Shown piece by piece: positions 34,747 to 40,435 of a stretch of 40,435 bases of DNA; positions within the stretch are counted from its first letter, which is position 1, and the number at the start of each line of letters is the position of its first letter. The notes beneath the pieces were generated by a model. That model saw only the letters and a program-made list of their open reading frames with translations. It was not told where the DNA came from and made no database searches. The position numbers and the translations under genes were made by a program. Origin of the DNA: a virus (taxonomy: Duplodnaviria > Caudoviricetes); the IMG/VR virus record IMGVR_UViG_3300025723_001431, positions 1-40,435 of that record. The stretch is one strand, 5' to 3'.

Positions 34747-35464
34747 TTAATTTTTCAGTTTTAAAGTCACCAAGATACATCAATTTGGATTTACGGTTTC
34801 CGTAAAAATGTTTTTCAAAAGACTTCTCAATTGGTTTATTATCCCAATCACGAATATCCTCACCCCACAAAACCATCTGTTCTTTGTTTAATAAATCGGC
34901 AACATTGGAGATACCGGTAAACGTGGAAATAAATGGTAGTGGTGAGTGCTTAATAAGATAAGCATTTGTCATCATCGTACTATTATAATCTAAAAAGATT
35001 ACATTGTCAAGATGTCCAAGTGTCCAAGATGCACGTCTACTATCAATATCTGCACCATTCCATCTATCACCACAATATGGTTTATCCGATATAGGTAAAT
35101 CTAATTGTTCCACTTTTAACGTAAAGTCATCATCAATTTCAACATCCATTCTATAATGGTCTTTTAACCAATATTGATAACGGCAAGTTTCAATTGGTCG
35201 ATTTAGATTCTTTGGATCCTTATCCTCACGCATTGGCCAAGAACTCAATTGAATAATATCTCCATACAGAAATACATCTTCATCAAAAGATACGGAGGTG
35301 AATAGGTCTTGATACATTAGAAATTCGGTAATGCCAGTAAACTTCTTCATTTCTTTTCTAATGATAAAATCAAACTTGCCAAACATTTTAGTGACACCAG
35401 ATAATACTGGCATAACATTTAGAAAGTCACCAAGTTGAGCAGTTCCAGTTAGGTATATTTTCAT
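34727..35464 (-). CDS. Putative GT9 (heptosyltransferase)-like protein
   Basis: QLGDFLNVMPVL N-terminus; FISTFTGISNVADLL aligns with the GT9 D-S-G-x-x-H region. Confidence 0.55.
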   Translation of the reverse strand: MKIYLTGTAQLGDFLNVMPVLSGVTKMFGKFDFIIRKEMKKFTGITEFLMYQDLFTSVSFDEDVFLYGDIIQLSSWPMREDKDPKNLNRPIETCRYQYWLKDHYRMDVEIDDDFTLKVEQLDLPISDKPYCGDRWNGADIDSRRASWTLGHLDNVIFLDYNSTMMTNAYLIKHSPLPFISTFTGISNVADLLNKEQMVLWGEDIRDWDNKPIEKSFEKHFYGNRKSKLMYLGDFKTEKLNEYFKL

Positions 35465-36282
35465 TCTACTGTATCATTATAATTATTGAACAAAACAAAA
35501 GAATCAAGACCCAATTGATGGTCTGGAATAATATTCATATTAAACATCTCAGGTTTCTTCAACATGGACATTAACCACAAGGTCTGGTCATCGTCAATTA
35601 AACCTTTTGCTTGTAGTTCAGCCATACTTTCTTTGACTAAACGATTAACTTCAGGCCAAAGATTTCTATGACCAACTTGTTTGGCACCCAAGATATAAAC
35701 CAGGTTATTAAAGATCACTTCTTCAATTGGTTGTCCTTTTGGATATTCACGGTAACCAAACAATTGGAACTTATCTTCTCCAAAATTGTATGTCCACTTT
35801 TTGCTTGCTGGAATCTTATCAGGTGTACGGCAATAGCCAAAGTCAATCATGGCAACATAGTCATTCGTAATCAGGTTAGCATCCAATGCCATCTGAACGA
35901 AAAAGGATTTCATGTACATCAGGTGTACATAATTTGGATTCCAATATTCTGGATTAACTCTTTGTGACGGATTGATCTTGGCTTGAAATTCAGGACTTTT
36001 CTGAATATCATAAATCTTTTGTTTTTCATCATGAAATTGTGCCAGATAGTCAAAAGGAATAATCTTTGTTTTATCTTCTTTGCCTTTTCTCATGGCAGCA
36101 ATCCGTTCAACAAAATCTGGATGTGTGTAGATAACCATTTCATTATCTAATTGAGCCATATAACTGAATCGCTCAAGGTAAGTATCCACGGTACGGTGTA
36201 AGTAATGTGGGAATCCTTTATCTTGTGTCCAATCTCCACGACCCATATCAAAGAAGAAAGTTACAATGCTAATATCGTTCAT
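35461..36282 (-). CDS. HtrL/YibB family protein
   Basis: ISIVTFFFDMGRGDW, NPEYW, MIDFGY, DDDQTL. Confidence 0.85.
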   Translation of the reverse strand: MNDISIVTFFFDMGRGDWTQDKGFPHYLHRTVDTYLERFSYMAQLDNEMVIYTHPDFVERIAAMRKGKEDKTKIIPFDYLAQFHDEKQKIYDIQKSPEFQAKINPSQRVNPEYWNPNYVHLMYMKSFFVQMALDANLITNDYVAMIDFGYCRTPDKIPASKKWTYNFGEDKFQLFGYREYPKGQPIEEVIFNNLVYILGAKQVGHRNLWPEVNRLVKESMAELQAKGLIDDDQTLWLMSMLKKPEMFNMNIIPDHQLGLDSFVLFNNYNDTVE

Positions 36283-37061
36283 AATTTTTCACCAAGTTTT
36301 TTAATATATTTTCTCTGGAATATAGGTAATTCAATATCCAAAGTTTTTAATAATTTCGTATTATCTAAAATAAATTGATCTTTAATTTCATGGCCGGTAA
36401 CAATTAATTTACCAGAACCATAACCTTCAATCAGACTTCTTGCTACATCACCAATTTCAGTTCCATGATTGCATCCTAAATTATATATTCCATTAGGTTT
36501 CAGTTCAATGATTTTATTCAAAACTTTACAAACATGTTTGATTGAAATAAAGTCTTTTTTGGCCTTTTCACTTAATGTAAATATAATTTCATTATTGTGT
36601 TTTAATTGATCCATACAGAAACCCATAAAAGAATTTCTTCCATATTCGAATCCATAAACATTGGATGCTCTCAATATAGTAACAGAACCACCTAAGTTCA
36701 ATATATTCTTTTCAGATGATGATTTATTCTCACTATAATAATCAAAGGGATCTAATGCAGAATCTTCATTCGATATTTGTAAATCACTAGTAGTGCCATA
36801 AACTTTCCTAGTACTCATCATAATAAAATGGCAATTATTACTCTCTGCCAATTTAGCAACTTGGAAATCAAGGTCGTTCTTTTTACGATAACCTTCAACT
36901 TTAAACTCAGGTGTAATAGCACAATTTAATATAACATTATACTTGGAAAAATCCACATTGTCAATATCTGAATATGATATTTTATCCACGGATTTGGTAG
37001 AATGATAAAATGATTTGCCAATAAAACTATTCTTGCCAATAATTAATGTTCTCATATTCAA
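36279..37061 (-). CDS. NAD-dependent epimerase/reductase (extended SDR)
   Basis: GKNSFIG, MSTRKVYG, YSENK, LRASNVYG, KDFI. Confidence 0.85.
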   Translation of the reverse strand: MNMRTLIIGKNSFIGKSFYHSTKSVDKISYSDIDNVDFSKYNVILNCAITPEFKVEGYRKKNDLDFQVAKLAESNNCHFIMMSTRKVYGTTSDLQISNEDSALDPFDYYSENKSSSEKNILNLGGSVTILRASNVYGFEYGRNSFMGFCMDQLKHNNEIIFTLSEKAKKDFISIKHVCKVLNKIIELKPNGIYNLGCNHGTEIGDVARSLIEGYGSGKLIVTGHEIKDQFILDNTKLLKTLDIELPIFQRKYIKKLGEKL

Positions 37062-37064
37062 GTT

Positions 37065-37727
37065 TTATTCTCTAATTTTGTTACCAAAGAAAGCAAGGGA
37101 TCCTTCTAAACCAATAGGACTTGCGTATACTATTTTTTCTGTATGTAAATTTTGATAAAATGACAACTCAATACAATTACAACCATTAAGTAAATCTTGT
37201 AGTACTTTATTGATTTTAATTTTAAAGTTTTCAATTAAACTAAAATCTAAATGCCACAATCGGGTTTCGAGTATGTTACCTAGACCACCTTCAACTCTTG
37301 GTGGTAAAAATACATAAGAATCTTTTTGATCTTCTACATCAAACCTAAATTCATCTGTTAATTTGTATCTAGCACACATTTTATATATTCTTTTTGCCTG
37401 TATTGAATTCTCAGTTATAAAATTTAATGCCATGATTACAGCACAAGTTTCTCCTAAACTTCTATTACCGGATTCGGAGAATTTTCTAACAGATTCATTT
37501 TGTGCGCCATTGATATACACAACACCCATTTTTACCAATTCATCTATTTTTGATTGTTCTGGTGCTTCATACGAAACATCAATAACAACTTTCAAACTGT
37601 TTGGACAATACTTATCAATAGAGTTAATGGTGTCGATTGTTTGATCAAACCGTTCGGGGTTTGTAAAGTGTGACAAGGTTGGTTTAGCAATTAATGCTGA
37701 AGGTATAATAAAAATTCCATTGTACAT
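37065..37727 (-). CDS. Hypothetical glycan-cluster protein (GT-like)
   Basis: IIPSAL..ERFDQTIDTINSI, RIYKMCARY. Confidence 0.65.
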   Translation of the reverse strand: MYNGIFIIPSALIAKPTLSHFTNPERFDQTIDTINSIDKYCPNSLKVVIDVSYEAPEQSKIDELVKMGVVYINGAQNESVRKFSESGNRSLGETCAVIMALNFITENSIQAKRIYKMCARYKLTDEFRFDVEDQKDSYVFLPPRVEGGLGNILETRLWHLDFSLIENFKIKINKVLQDLLNGCNCIELSFYQNLHTEKIVYASPIGLEGSLAFFGNKIRE

Positions 37728-37728
37728 A

Positions 37729-38415
37729 TTAATCTTTCAAGGTATTATTGAATTTTTCCCAATTAATTCCAGGTGATAGAAATGGATCAACTTGTGTGGT
37801 TAGACCCGGTATTGCGGTCCACAAAGGCACACCTATTCTATGTAGATGTCGAAATAATTCTCTATCTGATAATTCATAATGTCTAATAAGTGGTTCTATT
37901 TGTTTATATAATTCTTCTTCAACTGCATAGGTACAACAAGTAGCCTCTGCTGTTCTCCAATGAATATTACTGGCAGTATCAAATGCTATTTTTTTCTCAT
38001 ATTCAATATCATCAGTTCTGGTGTAACGATCCAAATGGTCATAACCATTTACTAATTTCAAATTAGGTAAAGCCAAATCAATCTTTTCAATGGAATCTGG
38101 TAAATGTAAATAGTCATCTTCAACAAAATAGATATTACCACCTAATTGTGAAGCAATTTGAAAAGTCGTTCTTAAACTTCCAATATTGCTCTTATCGTTA
38201 ATCTTAACAACATCAAATTCTTTTGGTATCATATTCAGTTGAATGTCACCATCACCATCATGAACAAATACTAATTTATTAATGTGTTCTTTTGAATATT
38301 CAACGGATTTTAAAAATGACTTTAAACAATTTTGTTTTGAATACCAAGGTGGTCTAATGTTTCTGATATTACCATCAGTTTCAAGTTCACAAAGTCTATA
38401 AATGATATTAAGCAT
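37729..38415 (-). CDS. Putative GT-A glycosyltransferase
   Basis: KQNCLKSF, IYFVEDDYLH, YDHLDRY, HWRT. Confidence 0.72.
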   Translation of the reverse strand: MLNIIYRLCELETDGNIRNIRPPWYSKQNCLKSFLKSVEYSKEHINKLVFVHDGDGDIQLNMIPKEFDVVKINDKSNIGSLRTTFQIASQLGGNIYFVEDDYLHLPDSIEKIDLALPNLKLVNGYDHLDRYTRTDDIEYEKKIAFDTASNIHWRTAEATCCTYAVEEELYKQIEPLIRHYELSDRELFRHLHRIGVPLWTAIPGLTTQVDPFLSPGINWEKFNNTLKD

Positions 38416-39281
38416 TAATGAGTCCTAAAAATAATTAAATCTTCAACTCCGTACTTCTTTTCGAAATATTGTTTCATTTCTGGAACACGGTCGTATTGAT
38501 GAACAATACAATAAGGTTTAGCCGAAGCACCATCAACCACCACATTATTTAAAAATACAGGTCTAGGTTCTAACAGATATGGACCAAATTGTTCCAACTG
38601 ATCTGGCTTATTAGTTACATGAAGATTACAAGTCCACGCCTCGGAAAGATAAGATCGGTGTGTATATTTTTTATCATTATATGGCAACATATTCAAAAGA
38701 ATGTTGTAAGCTGCTTGATCCGCAACCCAGTCTGCTCGGTTTACCGACATTTGAAATAACATAGCACATAAATCTCTAATGTGTTCAGAATATCCGGCAA
38801 GTGTACCAACATTATATACTGGTTGTTCACTTACCTGATCTAAAAAGAATTGACCAAAACAAGTTAAAATATTGTCGTGATTCCATTTTTCATTCTTGAT
38901 TTGAATTGCTTCAGATGAGGCCACAATATATGGACCAGTATTGGTTAGAACAGTTTCCAAATATTCACTCGGATTACCTTGAAATACCACATCACGAACA
39001 TCGGTTGTAATTACATAACGATAATTTTGATGATTGTGTATCAAGTAGGTATAGATATGAATAAATCGTTCCATATGAAACATCATATTTCCAGTACTGC
39101 TGGGTTGAATTACTTTAAAACCAGCATCTTCGACTTGTTTGACTGTTTCCTGTGGAGCATTTAAAGCAATAAGGACTTTATCGCCTTGAAATCCGCTTTG
39201 GTTGATTGATTCAATCCAAGGTTTTATTTGATTATAATTGTAATTCTTAAATGCACCAATTATGAGGTCTTTTTTTGCCAT
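38415..39281 (-). CDS. Putative glycosyltransferase (DxxD)
   Basis: KDLIIG, ERF, VITTDVRDVVFQ, DQAAYN, IVHQYDR. Confidence 0.75.
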   Translation of the reverse strand: MAKKDLIIGAFKNYNYNQIKPWIESINQSGFQGDKVLIALNAPQETVKQVEDAGFKVIQPSSTGNMMFHMERFIHIYTYLIHNHQNYRYVITTDVRDVVFQGNPSEYLETVLTNTGPYIVASSEAIQIKNEKWNHDNILTCFGQFFLDQVSEQPVYNVGTLAGYSEHIRDLCAMLFQMSVNRADWVADQAAYNILLNMLPYNDKKYTHRSYLSEAWTCNLHVTNKPDQLEQFGPYLLEPRPVFLNNVVVDGASAKPYCIVHQYDRVPEMKQYFEKKYGVEDLIIFRTH

Positions 39282-39991
39282 GGTAAATTTCCATTATATT
39301 TTTGTTTCATCAATTCATTATGATGTAAAAAGAATTCTTTTTGAACTGACCTTTCGGTGTTTCCAGTCCGATAATTAAGAGTATACAGGCCATTACTATC
39401 ATATGTCAAGTTATTTTGGCGGAGAACATGAATTAACATTCTATCAACTTCTGGTACTCCTGGTTCTCTTGCTTTACGATGCCAGATTGGAGTTAGTTGT
39501 AGTGCAAGTTCTTTAGGAAAGAAATAACAACCAACATCCACAAAATAATCATTCAGGCACGATGGATATTTACCTAAAGATTCACAATCATCATTACACA
39601 TATAATTACCATCTTTATCGGTAATCTTACGGAGTGAATATGCCCATTGGTTACCAGATTCAATAACCTTCATCATAGATTCCACATGGTCTGGTTCTAA
39701 CCAGTTATCTTCATCTAGGAAACATAGATATTCACCTTTGGCCAAATAGGTCGATGCACCATAGATGCGGTGGCCATTGTATCGATCTATTCCTGTTGGG
39801 TAAGGTAATTCAATAACATCCACTTCAGGATAGTCCTGCAACATCACATGAGCCTTTGGATGATTACCATCAACCACGACAAGGTGTTGTACATTTTCAT
39901 ATGTTTGGGATTTAACGGACTCAAGAGCTTGCTTGAGGTAAGACGCACCCGTTGTGGGTGTAATCACAGTCACTAATGGTTTCATAATCAA
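39260..39991 (-). CDS. Glycosyltransferase family 2
   Basis: VTVITPT, ALESVKSQTY, HLVVVDG, FLDEDNW. Confidence 0.88.
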   Translation of the reverse strand: MIMKPLVTVITPTTGASYLKQALESVKSQTYENVQHLVVVDGNHPKAHVMLQDYPEVDVIELPYPTGIDRYNGHRIYGASTYLAKGEYLCFLDEDNWLEPDHVESMMKVIESGNQWAYSLRKITDKDGNYMCNDDCESLGKYPSCLNDYFVDVGCYFFPKELALQLTPIWHRKAREPGVPEVDRMLIHVLRQNNLTYDSNGLYTLNYRTGNTERSVQKEFFLHHNELMKQKYNGNLPWQKKTS

Positions 39992-40266
39992 TCTTTAGTC
40001 AGTTTTAATATCTTTTCTATTTGTGCTTCAATTATCGGTTTACGATTAGGCCAATATATATATTCTTTATCTCCGGTCGAATGTAACTTGGTAAGAAAAG
40101 GAATAATCATCTTTTCCAATTCCTGTAGTCGTGCTTTGTAATCATCTGCCGTTGCAACAGTTTTATTGACTACAGAATTATATTCTTCTTCAGAAACGGC
40201 TGAGAATCCAAAATCATCGGTATTTTCATACTGCTTTGCGAGTTTATCGAAATCAACAAGTGCCAT
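39988..40266 (-). CDS. Conserved T4-like hypothetical protein (92 aa)
   Basis: DDFGFSAV...IIPFL..L..KEYIYWPNR motif. Confidence 0.75.
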   Translation of the reverse strand: MALVDFDKLAKQYENTDDFGFSAVSEEEYNSVVNKTVATADDYKARLQELEKMIIPFLTKLHSTGDKEYIYWPNRKPIIEAQIEKILKLTKD

Positions 40267-40268
40267 AA

Positions 40269-40435
40269 TTAATTTTCCAATTTATAAAATGAATTTTTAT
40301 TGTTATCGACTTTAAGTTCAAAACCTTCTATTTGTTCGGGTGTTACCAATTTTGAACTATTTGGTATAAAAACCGAAACTATTTTAAAATTACTAATTAA
40401 AAATTCATCATATCCTTTACCAGAAACGATAACTG
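40269..40435 (-). CDS. 3' end of a gene truncated by the window edge
   Basis: Open frame ...VIVSGKGYDEFLISNF...FYKLEN-stop, 2 nt before the next ATG. Confidence 0.6.
   Translation of the reverse strand, partial: VIVSGKGYDEFLISNFKIVSVFIPNSSKLVTPEQIEGFELKVDNNKNSFYKLEN

Noticed and set aside
673-39164. The other + strand ORFs in the track
   Set aside because: All are antisense shadows of well-supported minus-strand genes, with Ser/Phe/Ile-rich antisense composition
1-40435. tRNA genes, CRISPR arrays, IS elements
   Set aside because: Intergenic gaps are small; no cloverleaf, repeat-spacer array or transposase motif was seen
39988-40435. Edge ORF being one continuous frame with the 92-aa gene
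   Set aside because: A TAA at 40269-40271 ends the upstream frame; the ATG at 40266 is in a different frame

Overview
An AT-rich, gene-dense segment of a large T4-like (myovirus-type) phage genome, coded almost entirely on the minus strand. A GH19 endolysin with Rz/Rz1-type spanins and consensus sigma70 promoters point to a Gram-negative host. In transcription order (right to left) the window holds: (i) a ~12.3 kb sugar-nucleotide/glycosyltransferase island (GT2, GT17-like, GT9-like, HtrL/YibB, RfbH-type 3-dehydrase, sugar C-methyltransferase, three SDRs); (ii) a ~10 kb late block behind a TATAAATA promoter, in which many proteins start with a T4 capsid-targeting-like peptide and carry Glu-ending prohead-protease-like linkers, including a KxDG ligase-like protein, a PD-(D/E)xK-like protein, an HxGH nucleotidyltransferase + P-loop kinase fusion and two modular 'polyproteins'; (iii) a clustered lysis cassette with a nested o-spanin; (iv) primase, a foreign gene sitting on a ThyX C-terminal relic, nrdA/nrdB, a GIY-YIG protein and RNase H; (v) early small genes, a metallopeptidase-VWA protein, GalE and GroES, with a TGTTG-N8-CAACA palindrome at identical spacing upstream of two sigma70 promoters; (vi) a G-rich non-coding left edge. 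No tRNA, rRNA, CRISPR array or transposase was seen. Family names come from motifs recognised by eye, not from database searches.
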